A stretch of DNA of 64,000 bases from Candidatus Latescibacterota bacterium (GCA_963667175.2 CAXXXF010000007.1:32001-96000), one strand, 5' to 3'. Positions 50,742-62,052 are shown, counted from the stretch's first letter. Numbers and translations: made by a program. The notes: a model not told the origin generated them from the letters alone.

Positions 50742-51740
50742 CTATTCGGCAAAAGCCGCGTCGAATGCCACGGCGGACGGTTCGAAATCCACGCTGTTTA
50801 CGAAGGCGCAAGCCTCGGCGGCCCCGTGTTCCCGGTCCATTCCGGAATCTTCCCACTCTACGGAAAGGGGCCCGCCGTAGCCAATGTCGTTCAACGCGCG
50901 GATGATTTCTTCAAAGTCCACGCTGCCGCGGCCCAGGGATCGGAAATCCCACGAACGATCGGGGTCGCCGAACTCGGTGTGCCCGCCGAATACTCCCGCT
51001 CGCGTGGGCAGAGGCGAAAGATACGCGTCTTTCATGTGCACATGGTAGATGCGATCACTGAATTCCCGGATGAACGCCACGTAATCCACGTTCTGATAGA
51101 CCAGATGGCTGGGATCGTAGTTGAATCCGAACTCGCTTCTTCCTCCCAGCGCCTGTACCGCCCGCGCGGCGGATGAGACATCGAAGGCGATTTCCGTGGG
51201 ATGCACTTCCAGGGCAAACCGTACGTCGTTCTTTTCGAATGCGTCGAGAATGGGATTCCATCGATCCGCGAAATCCCTGAATCCCGCATCGATCGCATCG
51301 GGACCCACCGGAGGGAACGAATAGAGCAAGTGCCAGATGGACGACCCGGTGAAGCCGTTGACCACGCGCACCCCGAGCGCCCTCGCTGCCTCGGCCGCCG
51401 TCATCATATCCTCGGCCGCCCGCCTTTTCACGTCGTCCGGATTCCCGTTCCCCCACACGTGCGGCGGCAGAATCGCCTGGTGGCGTTCGTCGATATTGTC
51501 GCATACCGCCTGCCCGCTGAGATGATTGCTGATCGCCCAGAATTTCAGTCCGTGCTTTTCCAGTATTTCGTGCCGGCTCCGGCAATATCCATCGCTGGAG
51601 GCCGCCTCACGGACGTCGAGATGGTCTCCCCAGCAGGCCAGCTCCAGACCGTCGTATCCGAATTCGGCCGCTTTCTCCGCCATCACCTCCAGGGGGAGGT
51701 CCGCCCACTGACCGCTAAACAATGTACAGGGCCTTGCCAT
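50742..51740 (-). CDS. Sugar phosphate isomerase/epimerase (xylose-isomerase-like TIM barrel)
   Basis: LEVHP, DPSH, HVHMKD and SVEWED motifs. Confidence 0.9.
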   Translation of the reverse strand: MARPCTLFSGQWADLPLEVMAEKAAEFGYDGLELACWGDHLDVREAASSDGYCRSRHEILEKHGLKFWAISNHLSGQAVCDNIDERHQAILPPHVWGNGNPDDVKRRAAEDMMTAAEAARALGVRVVNGFTGSSIWHLLYSFPPVGPDAIDAGFRDFADRWNPILDAFEKNDVRFALEVHPTEIAFDVSSAARAVQALGGRSEFGFNYDPSHLVYQNVDYVAFIREFSDRIYHVHMKDAYLSPLPTRAGVFGGHTEFGDPDRSWDFRSLGRGSVDFEEIIRALNDIGYGGPLSVEWEDSGMDREHGAAEACAFVNSVDFEPSAVAFDAAFAE

Positions 51741-51809
51741 AACCGTAACTCCTTCCAGATGCTCCCAGCCCCCGCCTGCGATTCAATGCGTCCAGGCGGA
51801 CGGAGCAGG

Positions 51810-52973
51810 TTACACTTCCGGGACGTCCCGCCACCGGTCCGATCGCGCCGAGTCGCTCGCCGCTTCCAGCACGGCCTGGACCCGTGCGCCTTCCCTGAAA
51901 TTCGGCGACGCCTCCCGGTCGTCGGCGATCGCATCGAAAAAGTCCTTGACCTCATGGACAAACGTATGCTCCCACCCGATGATATGGCCCGGCGGCCACC
52001 AGGCCGAGATGTACGGATGCTCGCCTTCGTTCACGATGATTTCACGGAATCCCTGGATATGCCCCTCGTCCTCCCGGGAATAGAACTGCAGCTCGTTCAT
52101 CTTTTCCAGGTTGAACGCCAGGCTGCCTTTGCTTCCATTGATTTCAAACCGGTTGTGGTTGCGCCTGCCGGCCGCAAACCGGGTGGCTTCGAACGACCCC
52201 AGCGCGCCGTTCCGGAATCGCGCCAGGAACAGGGTTGCATCGTCCACGGTAACGGTTCCCATGCGTTCGGACGTGCTTCCCGTGGCGCCCAGTGAAGCAT
52301 CGATGGACTCCGCCAGCGGGCGTTTCCTGATAAACGTGGTGTCGGCCCCGACGACGGAATCGATATCGCCCACCAGATGCAGCGCCAGATCGACGATATG
52401 CGCATTCAAATCTCCGTGCGGCCCTGAACCCGCCTTGTCCTTCTCGAATCGCCACACCATCGGGAAGTCGGGATCGATGATCCAGTCCTGCAGATACACC
52501 GCCCGCCAGTGGTAAATCTGCCCGATTCTTCCCTCCTCGATCAACTGTCTTGCAAGGGCCACGGCCGGCACGCGCCGGTAGTTGTACGCGACCATGGTCT
52601 TCCCGAGGGAGTTTTCGGCGGCCTTCAGCATGGCCCTGGCCTCGTCCAGGTTATTCGCAAGCGGCTTCTCGCAGATGACGTGCTTCCCGGCCTCCAGGGC
52701 GGCGATCGCCATCGGCATGTGCAGGTTTCCGGGCGTGCAGATATCGATCACGTCGACGTCGTCGCGGGCGACCACGTCCTCCCAGTTCGTATGGTACTCC
52801 TCCCAGTCGAACGTGCGCGCCGCTTCAGCTACGTTCTCCCGGTTGGAACCGCAAATCACCTTCATCACCGGCTCGACGCCCGTATCCGGGAAAAACATCG
52901 GGACCTTCCGGAACGCGTTGCTGTGCGCCTTGCCCATGAACGAATATCCCAGAAGGCCGATATTCAGTTTCAT
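51810..52973 (-). CDS. Gfo/Idh/MocA oxidoreductase
   Basis: GYSFMGKAH, KHVICEKP and GDLNAH motifs. Confidence 0.92.
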   Translation of the reverse strand: MKLNIGLLGYSFMGKAHSNAFRKVPMFFPDTGVEPVMKVICGSNRENVAEAARTFDWEEYHTNWEDVVARDDVDVIDICTPGNLHMPMAIAALEAGKHVICEKPLANNLDEARAMLKAAENSLGKTMVAYNYRRVPAVALARQLIEEGRIGQIYHWRAVYLQDWIIDPDFPMVWRFEKDKAGSGPHGDLNAHIVDLALHLVGDIDSVVGADTTFIRKRPLAESIDASLGATGSTSERMGTVTVDDATLFLARFRNGALGSFEATRFAAGRRNHNRFEINGSKGSLAFNLEKMNELQFYSREDEGHIQGFREIIVNEGEHPYISAWWPPGHIIGWEHTFVHEVKDFFDAIADDREASPNFREGARVQAVLEAASDSARSDRWRDVPEV

Positions 52974-53155
52974 AGATTCCCCCTTGTACAATTCCGTGTT
53001 CGAATCCGCATCGGCGCCCTGTCCCGAACATACCCCGCCAATCTACCGACGATGCAGGCAACCTGTTACCCGTACGGCACGTCGCAAACCGCATCAATAT
53101 ATGATTCTGCATCAACGTGTCAACGGCTATCCGAATTCGCAACGATGACCCTTAC

Positions 53156-54457
53156 TTATTCGGTCTTATGCCCGATACAATACAAGTGCGTCGCCGTCCG
53201 TATAAAGAGCCTGGACCCTGCGGACACGGGCGATGAAAGCGTGTAGGTATCGTCCAGTTCATTGGTCGCCAGGACCTTGAACTCGGGACCGGCGGCCAGC
53301 ACGGTCGTCACGGCGTATTCGTTCAGCAGAAACAGCTTGCCGTCGGCGAGATGAGGCGACGCGCTCACGATGCCCTGCGCCGTCCTCTCAGGTCCCCAGA
53401 CGACGGCGCCGGTCTTCGCGTCGAGACATGTCGCCAGACCGCGGTCATCCACCATGTAAAAGTACTTCCCGTCACAGACCGGCGTGGGCACATCCGGCGC
53501 GCCTGCGCCTTCCCACTTCCACTTCACGTTCCGTGACACGTCTCCAACCCCGCCGGCAGCCAGGGCCAGCAGGGGACGCCGCCGGGTCGGCGCGTAAATC
53601 ATCCCGTCAACCACCACGGGCGACGCCACGATCCGATAGTTGCCCCGGCGCTCGGGATTCAATCCGTATGCCCGCCAGGCTTCACGTCCCGTCAACGGAT
53701 CGTGCCCCGTCACGCAATCCCCGCCCGTAATGACAATCTGCGTCCTGCCGTCGTGCTCCAGCAGCGCGGGGGTGGTGTACGAGTCGGGAGACTCCCGCAC
53801 CGCGTCGGTCGCGCGCGCTTCGCGCCAGACTTCCCTTCCGCTTGCGGCGTCCAGCGCGACGATATACGAGGGATCATCCGTGTAAGATCCGTGGAGCACC
53901 TGCAGGACAAGCTTGCCGTCAACCAGGATCGGCGAAGACGCATACCCGAAATTCAGACCGAAATCTCCGTAGTCCTTTTGAATATCGCGCGTCCAGATAG
54001 GCTTTCCGCCCATATTGAGGCACGTCACCACACCGTTTCCGGTGACCACCCACACGTGCGCGCCATCGGTAACCGGCGAGGGGGACGTGCTGTTGTGTTT
54101 GCGCCACAATACATTGCCGTCGCCCAGTTTGTGCCGCCATTGCTCACTGCCGTCTTTGCTCGAAAGACACAGGATGTATATCTCGGGCCCGCCAGGTTCC
54201 CGTTCCTCCGGCTTTTGGGCGGGAGACGGAGACGTCAGGAATATGCGGTCTTCCCATATAACGGGTGTGCTGCCGCTCCACGAAGGCAATTCAGCCTTCC
54301 AGACGATATTCTCTTCAAGGCTCCATGACGTGGGGAGATTCCGGGCGGAACTCACCCCGCTCTGCCGCGGCCCCCGCCACTCCGGCCAGTTATCGGCGTA
54401 AACACCGAGCGGAAAGAGCGCAAGCAAAATAACCGGGCGTGCAATGTGACCGACCAT
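53156..54457 (-). CDS. PQQ-like beta-propeller protein
   Basis: NWPEWRGP plus repeated SP/TP..W blades. Confidence 0.88.
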   Translation of the reverse strand: MVGHIARPVILLALFPLGVYADNWPEWRGPRQSGVSSARNLPTSWSLEENIVWKAELPSWSGSTPVIWEDRIFLTSPSPAQKPEEREPGGPEIYILCLSSKDGSEQWRHKLGDGNVLWRKHNSTSPSPVTDGAHVWVVTGNGVVTCLNMGGKPIWTRDIQKDYGDFGLNFGYASSPILVDGKLVLQVLHGSYTDDPSYIVALDAASGREVWREARATDAVRESPDSYTTPALLEHDGRTQIVITGGDCVTGHDPLTGREAWRAYGLNPERRGNYRIVASPVVVDGMIYAPTRRRPLLALAAGGVGDVSRNVKWKWEGAGAPDVPTPVCDGKYFYMVDDRGLATCLDAKTGAVVWGPERTAQGIVSASPHLADGKLFLLNEYAVTTVLAAGPEFKVLATNELDDTYTLSSPVSAGSRLFIRTATHLYCIGHKTE

Positions 54458-54616
54458 GTCGATTCCTCCCATTTGGCGTCACTTTGACCTTGATTTTCAT
54501 CCAATTTGACGGATATTGCCTGATAAATGTCTCTTCGTTTGCGCAGGCGCCGCTGCCGGACGGGATGAGCCTTCCGGCAGCGGATTTCGGATACTCCATC
54601 ACCGAAAGGAAGTTCC

Positions 54617-55195
54617 ATGCAGCTTTTCGACGGCAGAACCCTTAACGGCTGGGCCGCCACAGGCAATCCCGATGGCTGGACGGTAGATCAAGGGTGTATC
54701 TTCTGCACCGCGGAAAAGGGGGAATACCTGGTTTATACGGACGACCAATTCAGGGATTTCGAGCTTACGCTGGAGTACAAGCACCCGCCCGGGGCCAACA
54801 GCGGCGTGTTCTTCCGATGGACCGATCTGGACGACCCCGTGCAGACCGGCATAGAAATCCAGATCCTGGATACGCACGGACGGGAACCCGCAACCAGGAA
54901 ATGCTGCGGCGCGGTCTATGACGTGAAGGCCCCCACGCACAACGCCTGCAAACCCGCCGGCGATTGGAATGAAATGGGAATTTACGCCGTGGACAACGAC
55001 ATCCGGGTCACTTTGAACGGCAAGGACGTCACCGAAATGGATCTGAGCGGCTGGATCACACCGGGCCGGAACCCGGACGGCACGCCCAACAAGTTCAATC
55101 GCGCGTATTGCGAAATGACCGAAACCGGGCACCTCGGCCTTCAGGACCACAACAGCCGGATCTGGTTCCGCAACATCGAAATCGAAAAACGCTGA
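54617..55195 (+). CDS. DUF1080 (3-keto-glycoside hydrolase-like) protein
   Basis: LFDGRTLNGW, NSGVF, EIQILD and GLQDH..FRNI motifs. Confidence 0.9.
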   Translation: MQLFDGRTLNGWAATGNPDGWTVDQGCIFCTAEKGEYLVYTDDQFRDFELTLEYKHPPGANSGVFFRWTDLDDPVQTGIEIQILDTHGREPATRKCCGAVYDVKAPTHNACKPAGDWNEMGIYAVDNDIRVTLNGKDVTEMDLSGWITPGRNPDGTPNKFNRAYCEMTETGHLGLQDHNSRIWFRNIEIEKR

Positions 55196-55214
55196 CACGC
55201 GACATCCAAACAGA

Positions 55215-55244
55215 AAGCCCACCCGGTCCTCAGCAGGTGGGCTT
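55215..55244. terminator. Hairpin between convergent genes
   Basis: AAGCCCACC..GGTGGGCTT stem. Confidence 0.55.
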
Positions 55245-55274
55245 CTAAACTTCATTGAGCAGTCAACGAGCAAG

Positions 55275-58200
55275 CTATTCTGCAACATCAATGATGGCGA
55301 TACCCACCACAATACTCACGCGCCCGCCCTTCTCACCGCTCACGCGCACGATTGGAGAATACCAGTTTCTCTCCTCAAAATTATACGTCCCTTTCGTCTC
55401 AAGCTGCCCTGTGCTCGCGTCAATCGCAAAATAACCAGCATCGACGCCCCACAGACTATACGTGAGAGGTTCACCATCTGCACTGGTCGCTGAGATCGGT
55501 TCGCCTATGGGCGGTCCCGATGGCGTGTTCTCCTCTATGAAGCGCGTTACAGGAGGTGCAGACGTGAAAACTGGCACCCGGGGCACTACCTTGCCAAAGT
55601 GAAGGACAAAGATCAGAAAATCGGGAAACCCTATCTCGTCATTCCTATCCAGATCGTATCTTGCCTCGTATCGCTCTTGACCCGCTTTCAATCCGAACAC
55701 ATCCACAAAGAGCAAAAAGTCAGGGGTATCTACTGTCCCGTTGCCGTTAAAATCGGGAGAAGGATCGCTGCTCGATAACCCAAGAGAAGACCCCTGTAAA
55801 GCAACGCTGAGAAACAACGGTATGGTGTCAGACTCTTCTCCGCGCAATAGCTCAACCTGCGCCATCCGTATCTCGGTCTCTGAAAGCGCATCCGTGGCGC
55901 GAAAGCGAATTGTGCCCACAAGACCACTATCGACCCTTGCCACGCTATCAGGTAACGTCATCCCGACGTTTGCCAAATCCTGGCCAGCAAGCGCAGAGGC
56001 GCCAGACAAAACGGGCCCCCTCCTGAATCTCTCGTAGGCCACCTGAGTTGCATCGTATTCAAAGCGCACGGAAAGATCGTCTACGGGAATCGCTTTAAGA
56101 CTTCTCCCAAAAATCTGTATAGAAACAAGGCTGTCAGGAGCAACCGAGAGAAAGGACATGAACTGATCATCATCTGAATCATCCACGTCCAGAGAAAGAG
56201 AAAATCGGTCACTCGCAATGAGCGTGCTGGTACGCACCGTGCCCAATTCCGACCAATCGCCATCACCTGCAGAATTGCTCGCCCGCACCTGTATTTCGTA
56301 TACCGTATTGGGATTCAGTCCTGAGATAATCGTCCTGGTCCCGGTCACGTCCTGCGGACCGTCGATAAAGTCTGTGGCGCCGCTCTGTCGATAGCGCAGG
56401 TCATAGCTTGAGACGACCGAACCGGTTGGAGGCGCCCAGTTCACGGCCATACTGGTTGCCAATGCCCTCGTCACCGTGGGCGCAGAGAGCGATGATGATG
56501 GCGCAGGTTCATCGTTGTCCTCAACAGTCACGCTCGCCGAGGACGAACTGCCCACCGTATAGCCTGTTCCAGCCGCCACTTCCGCGGTTACCTCACCATT
56601 GGACTCATCGGCCTGATCATCGTCCGTTGCTACTGTCAACGTGGCGCTGGACTCGTCAGCGTTAATTGTCACGCTCGAAGGCGGTGTCCCACTCATGACG
56701 TTTCCGGTCTCGCTGACGTCTACATTCACCGTCAGTGAGGTTGTCGGCGCAGGATTCGCTGTGATCGTAAACGTTGCAGCCGTCCCTTCAGTCACAGGCG
56801 AAGTACCCGCAGAGATGGTCACCTGTGGGGTTGTCGGTGGCGGTGGCGCAGGATCATCGTTGTCCTCAACAGTCACGCTCGCCGAGGATGAACTGCCCAC
56901 CGTATAGCCTGTTCCAGTCGCCACTTCCGCGGTTACCTCACCATTGGACTCATCGGCCTGATCATCGTCCGTTGCTACTGTCAACGTGGCACTGGACTGG
57001 TCAGCGTTAATTGTCACGCTCGAAGGCGGTCTCCCACTCATGACGTTGCCGGTCCCGCTGACGTCTACATTTACCGTCAGTGAGGTTGTCGGTGCAGGAT
57101 TCGCTGTAATTGTAAAGGTTGCAGGCGTCCCTTCAGTCACAGGCGAAGTACCCGCAGAGATGGTCACCTGTGGGGTTGTCGGTGGCGCAGGATCATCGTT
57201 GTCCTGAACAGTCACGCTCGCCGAAGATGAACTGCCCACCGTATAGCCTGTTCCAGTCGCCACTTCCGCTGTCACCACGCCATTGGACTCATCGGCTTGA
57301 TCATCGTCCGTGGCTACTGTCAACGTGGCGCTGGAGTCGTCAGCGCTGATGGTCACGCTCGAAGGCGGTATCCCACTCATGACGTTGCCAGTCTCGCTGA
57401 CGTCTACATTCACCGCCAGAGAAGTTGTCGGTGCAGGATTCGCTGTAATCGCAAAGGTTGCGGCTGTCCCTTCAGTCACAGGCGAAGTGCCCGCCGAGAT
57501 CGTCACTTGCGGGGTTGGTGGTGGCTCCGCGTACTCGCCGCTGGCGGTTGCCGCCACGTTGCCGTTGCCATCGACATCGTGCGCCACGTCCGCCGCAACC
57601 GCGAGGCTGTAGTCCGCGCTGGGCGTGACCACCAGCGTCCAGACCCTGCTGGAGGTCACCTCGGCAAACGTTCCCTTTGTTCCGCCGGTGACGGTGACGT
57701 CCGCCGCCTCGAAACCGCTCACCGTCTCGTCGAAGGTGAAGGTCGCGGTGAACGTGCTGGTCGTGCGCTGTGGCACGCCTGTAATCGTCACCTCCGGCTT
57801 CGGGTTGTCCGGGTTGTCCAGGACGAACGTGTTGTCGTTCTGGCCGAGCGGGCCGGGATTCGTCATTTCTTCGCCGTCGCCGATGCAGCCCCAGATGTCC
57901 GGCTTTTCCAGGGGGTTATGGCCGTCGAAGTCCAAACCGTCCTTGACGATGACGTTGGGTTCGATCGTCACCGTACCGTTCAGATCCGCGAGGTCCCCGC
58001 CGGACAGCGTCGCATGCCATACTTCGCTGCACTTCTCCTCGTCCAACGCAAGGGGCGTCAACGTAAGCGTCGCCGTCGTGCCCGACACCTTGAAGTCGGT
58101 CGGATCCACGTTCTTCGTGTGGTGAGTCGCACTCGCAACCGGCTCGGAGAAGGTGATCTTCCATGTGAGCACATCGGCGTTCGTATGCTCGCTGGTCGGA

Positions 58201-58433
58201 GTTTCCCGCGAGATTGCCTGAATGTTCGGCGAGGCCTGAGCGACAGTCGCCGCGGTCATCACGAACAGGACTGCGGCAAGAGCATACGCTACAAGCCGGG
58301 CGGCGCGATGAATCAGTTGGGAATGAGCACGAACCCCGGCGCTTGGAGGTCCCTTTCCGCTGCAGTTACTACCAGCCATGGCGCCCTGGACCTGATCAGT
58401 GTGTTTTTTCATCTCTGAACCGGACTCATTCAT
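55275..58433 (-). CDS. Large surface protein: Ig-like, three Calx-beta-like repeats, FN3, cohesin-like, dockerin/EF-hand pair, cadherin-like
   Basis: Hydrophobic signal segment, three near-identical ~113-aa repeats, GLNPNTVYEIQVRA, DFNGNGTVD..YDLDRNDEIGFPDF, FAIDASTGQL. Confidence 0.85.
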   Translation of the reverse strand: MNESGSEMKKHTDQVQGAMAGSNCSGKGPPSAGVRAHSQLIHRAARLVAYALAAVLFVMTAATVAQASPNIQAISRETPTSEHTNADVLTWKITFSEPVASATHHTKNVDPTDFKVSGTTATLTLTPLALDEEKCSEVWHATLSGGDLADLNGTVTIEPNVIVKDGLDFDGHNPLEKPDIWGCIGDGEEMTNPGPLGQNDNTFVLDNPDNPKPEVTITGVPQRTTSTFTATFTFDETVSGFEAADVTVTGGTKGTFAEVTSSRVWTLVVTPSADYSLAVAADVAHDVDGNGNVAATASGEYAEPPPTPQVTISAGTSPVTEGTAATFAITANPAPTTSLAVNVDVSETGNVMSGIPPSSVTISADDSSATLTVATDDDQADESNGVVTAEVATGTGYTVGSSSSASVTVQDNDDPAPPTTPQVTISAGTSPVTEGTPATFTITANPAPTTSLTVNVDVSGTGNVMSGRPPSSVTINADQSSATLTVATDDDQADESNGEVTAEVATGTGYTVGSSSSASVTVEDNDDPAPPPPTTPQVTISAGTSPVTEGTAATFTITANPAPTTSLTVNVDVSETGNVMSGTPPSSVTINADESSATLTVATDDDQADESNGEVTAEVAAGTGYTVGSSSSASVTVEDNDEPAPSSSLSAPTVTRALATSMAVNWAPPTGSVVSSYDLRYRQSGATDFIDGPQDVTGTRTIISGLNPNTVYEIQVRASNSAGDGDWSELGTVRTSTLIASDRFSLSLDVDDSDDDQFMSFLSVAPDSLVSIQIFGRSLKAIPVDDLSVRFEYDATQVAYERFRRGPVLSGASALAGQDLANVGMTLPDSVARVDSGLVGTIRFRATDALSETEIRMAQVELLRGEESDTIPLFLSVALQGSSLGLSSSDPSPDFNGNGTVDTPDFLLFVDVFGLKAGQERYEARYDLDRNDEIGFPDFLIFVLHFGKVVPRVPVFTSAPPVTRFIEENTPSGPPIGEPISATSADGEPLTYSLWGVDAGYFAIDASTGQLETKGTYNFEERNWYSPIVRVSGEKGGRVSIVVGIAIIDVAE
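56505..57516 (-). repeat. Three tandem ~340-bp intragenic repeats
   Basis: TPQVTISAGTSPVTEG..SASVTV.DND repeated three times at DNA level. Confidence 0.9.
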
Positions 58434-58627
58434 GAAACGGGTCGGAACAGTGTTTTTGTAAAAGGAAGGTGTTCTGTAGAAGGGAAAGCAGTAGAATGAG
58501 GTGTTGATGACGCGATGATGAGTGAGCTTTGGTGTTCCGTCAGCAAGGTAATCAACCCATCAGAACCCGTGTGGCATTCGCCACCACATGGAGTGCGACT
58601 CTCTCGCGGGAAGTCCACCTCATCCAT

Positions 58628-59058
58628 TCACGAAAGGCTACGCAGATAGTCTGAGAAGAACCCCAGCTCAGGTTGTTCCGGTAACCCAACGACCATCGCT
58701 CTGTCCAGCAGGCGGTTTCCCTCCTCACAGGAAGTTTCAGGCAGGAGAGCACACGCATGACAGGCGCCCAAATTACACGAATCAGGACCTTGACCACGAC
58801 TCTCTATGCAAGTTGGATCGGAAGAACACCAGCGCGCAGTCCGAAGAGCACGGATCAAAACTCGTTCAAGCCTGCCCCTTTCTCCCTGTCGTACAAGACC
58901 GCCCAACGTCCCTTCAGAGTCTCCGGATGCTGTGTAAATCAGCACCCCACTCATTGGATGGGAATGATCTTCTTCATCGCAGTAGATACGTTCACGAAGT
59001 GATGCGCTGCCATAGCCACACTCAAAACAAAGCTGGTTGCGGAACGTGTCAATAGAAA
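58628..59058 (-). pseudogene. drmB: C-terminal remnant of DrmB/DUF1998 (DISARM-like)
   Basis: ECGY..ASLRERIY..GDSEGTLGGLV..CSSDP.C..ACHAC..ETSCE.GNRLLDR; cut at the IS end. Confidence 0.85.
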
Positions 59059-60655
59059 TGAGACACCTCCCGTTGGGGTTTAGTGTAGCAGTTGTTGGCA
59101 TTCGATGGTGTTCTGTGGTTGGTTAATCCAGACTTGGTCTGGAACGCGTGGTGGCCGAGGATGCCCTTTAACGAATCGTTCAGGGTGGTTGTGATAGGCC
59201 TGATCCAGCACCGATTGTCTGGCGGCTTGCACCTGCTGTGTGAGCCCATGGTGGACGGTGTCGGGCGTGAGTAAGCCCAGTCCACTGTGCCGGTGTTGCG
59301 TGTTGTACCAGGAAAAGAAGGTCTGTAAATAGGTACGGGCTTCTTGCGGGTTGGTGAAGCGCCCGGGGTATGAAGGCGCGTATTTGAGCGTTTTGAACTG
59401 GCTTTCGGAATACGGGTTGTCATCGGAGACGCGGGGTCGAGCGTAGCTGGCCAGGATGTCGAGGTCCATCAGCAACTGCGAAAACGTCTTGGCTGTCATG
59501 GGTGCGCCGCGGTCCTGGTGCAGCGTCAGTTGTCGGGGTTGAATGCCCTGCTTGTTGCAGGCGTTGGTGATCAGGCGCTTGGCGTATGTGGCGCTTTCTC
59601 TTGTGGCGACCATCCAGGCCACGACATAGCGTGAGAACAGATCCAGTACGACGTAGAGGGGATAGGTTTCCCACTTGCGGGTTCCTGGCAGCCGCGTGAT
59701 ATCCCATGTCCAGACCTGGTTGGGCGCATCCGCCATCAAGCGGGGCGGTTCCAGACGTGGATGACGCCGCTGGTGTCGCCGCTGGGGCACCTCTCCTGCA
59801 TCGTGCAGCAGACGGTACATGGTCCGGATCGAGCAGACATACCGCCCTTCCTCGAGCAGCGCGGCGTAGACTGCCGGTGGCGCCTGGTCTGCGAAGCGGT
59901 CCTCGTGCAGGATGTCCAGCACGGTAGCGCGCTCGTTTTGGGAAAGCGCACGTGGCGACGAGGACCGGGCACCACGAGGCCCGCGTTGGGCTGGCTGACG
60001 CGCACGGTAGACCGATGCCCGCGCCACACCCAGGGCCCGGCACGCGGAAGCCAACCCGACCTTCGGGGCCAGTTGTTCTGCCGCCTGCCTGCCGCGCGGG
60101 GCTCGGCGCAGGCAGGCACGGATCATACGTCGTCGTCGCCTGCTGGCGGATTCAGGGGGATGCCCAGGATCTCGGAGGCTTTTTTTTGGATCTCGAGGAT
60201 CGTGTTCGCCTGTTCCAATCGTCGTCGCAAACGGGCGATCTCCTTGCGCAGTTGCTCGTTCTCGACGGATACCTCGTCGCGGCGACCTCCCTTGGGTCCC
60301 CGCAGCTTCGACAGCGCCTTGAGCGACCCCTCTCGACGCGCGCGACGCCACTGCGTCAACTGCGAGGAATACAACCCCTCGCGGCGCAGCAGCGCGCCCA
60401 CTTCACCAGGGGCACGGCACGCATCCGCCGCTTCCAGGATGCGAAGCTTGTACTTTGCCGTGAACCGGCGACGCTTCGCACGCGCCACCACTTCCGGATC
60501 CGGCTTCGTGGTTGTGGAGGTCCCGCGCGGGACCTCCACAACCAGAGACCCTTTGCTGCTGCTGCCGTTGTCTCCAACATCGGTTCTTGACCGCATCTCG
60601 TGCTCTCCTCTCCGCCCATTAATACGACATTAATCTCGAAGGGGGAGTTGTCTCA
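59059..60655 (-). mobile_element. IS3-family insertion sequence
   Basis: IRs TGAGACACCTCCC / TGAGACAACTCCC; orfA 60123..60596 and orfB 59080..~60126 (WTWDIT, HQDRG, DNPYSES); no target duplication. Confidence 0.92.
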
Positions 60656-61651
60656 CCCTATATTGGCACGTAGGGCCATCTTATTTAACCAATCACGCCA
60701 GGCGTCGGCGCTATCATCTCTTTTGGATAATCCGCTTCTTACTTTGGGTAAATCCGACAGCACTTTGTTTGCGGCGACGGGACTCTGCTCCTCGAGAGTT
60801 TTAGGTTCGGCCTCAATATCCTCACGGATTCCGAGGATAATGACGCGATGCCGAGTCTGAGGTATGCCGAATTTTTCCATATAGACCACATAATCAGATA
60901 GGTTCGAGTTACTGATTTCACCAGGTTTCACCAGCGAATATAATTTATACCGACATGGCTTGCGGACATTCTCAGGTATCTGAACCAGACGGTCCTCACG
61001 TTTTAGCGCTTCACCCGGTTCCTGCAGGTCTTCATGCATACGTTCAAATATGTACTGGTTATTTAAAGTAGCAGATAATAATCCCTTGACGTTCTCCATC
61101 ACAAAGATAGCTGGCTGATGCTCCGCGATGATTTGCAAATATTCTAGATACAAATATTGCCTGTGATCTTCTTCTGCATTATAGTTATCGTTGCCGCGAT
61201 TGCGAGATCTGCCCGCAATAGAGTATGCCTGGCAGGGAGGGCCACCGATTAAAACCCACTCACAGTCTTCGCCGATTGCATCCTGGATCCATTGGTATAT
61301 TGTATCAGGGTCATCTGTTCCCAGTTCAGTGAGACGTGCTTCCCGCTGAACTTGCTTCGCTTGTTCAGGGTATTGACTGAACAGCTTATTTCGCCGTTCA
61401 TCTTGTGGCACATCATCCTCTTGCAAATAAACATAGTAAGCATCAGGAACCTGGTCTTGCTGGAACTGGCGAAAAAAGCTACGTAACTGAAGTGTCTGAT
61501 GAGCAGTAGAGTCATTTTCTATAGAGAGTTTGATCCGAAATGGCTGCACATCGGAAATCTTGTAAGCAGAGAACCCCTCACCAAGTCCACCTGGCCCGGC
61601 AAATAGGTCAATAACAGGGATTGTGGCAATCTCTGGCGTCTGATTTTTCAT
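60656..61651 (-). pseudogene. dcm: N-terminal part of a C5-cytosine DNA methyltransferase, truncated by IS3
   Basis: DLFAGPGG, GGPPCQ, ENVKG and PQTRHR present; motifs IX-X absent; the stop is supplied by the IS inverted repeat. Confidence 0.88.
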
Positions 61652-61743
61652 TATGGCAGATCAGCGGATATTCTGTATATTCATACCTGTACAGAATAAG
61701 GGGGCAAGCGGATCGCTTGCCACCGCGCAAAGGGAGATACACC

Positions 61744-62052
61744 ATGCAGATTCCGAGCGTCGAAACCCGCGTTGCTTCTCTTGAGGCTGTTCAGGCGCAA
61801 ATCAACGAGCGATTGGGCAGCATCGAAAGCCGATTGACCAGCCTTGAGACGCGCTTCGACAACCGCTTGAGCGACGTGGACAACCGCTTGAACAACATGG
61901 ACAACCGCTTCACCGGTATGGAAAATCGCTTCACCAGTATGGAAAATCGACAAGCCAGCAATTTCAGGTGGATTGTCGGTTTGCTGATCACGGTTCTGCT
62001 AGCCAACGTCGGCACGGCAATTTCAGTCGTCATCGCCGTGTCAAGCAAATAG
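61744..62052 (+). CDS. Small coiled-coil protein with C-terminal membrane anchor
   Basis: Heptad repeats (L..MENRF) followed by WIVGLLITVLL; GGAG RBS. Confidence 0.7.
   Translation: MQIPSVETRVASLEAVQAQINERLGSIESRLTSLETRFDNRLSDVDNRLNNMDNRFTGMENRFTSMENRQASNFRWIVGLLITVLLANVGTAISVVIAVSSK

Noticed and set aside
56505-57516. CRISPR array or DGR template/variable repeats
   Set aside because: The repeats are in-frame ~340-bp protein domains without spacers, and the differences are not adenine-specific.
61830-61950. Short ~21-bp tandem repeats
   Set aside because: They encode coiled-coil heptads; not an array.
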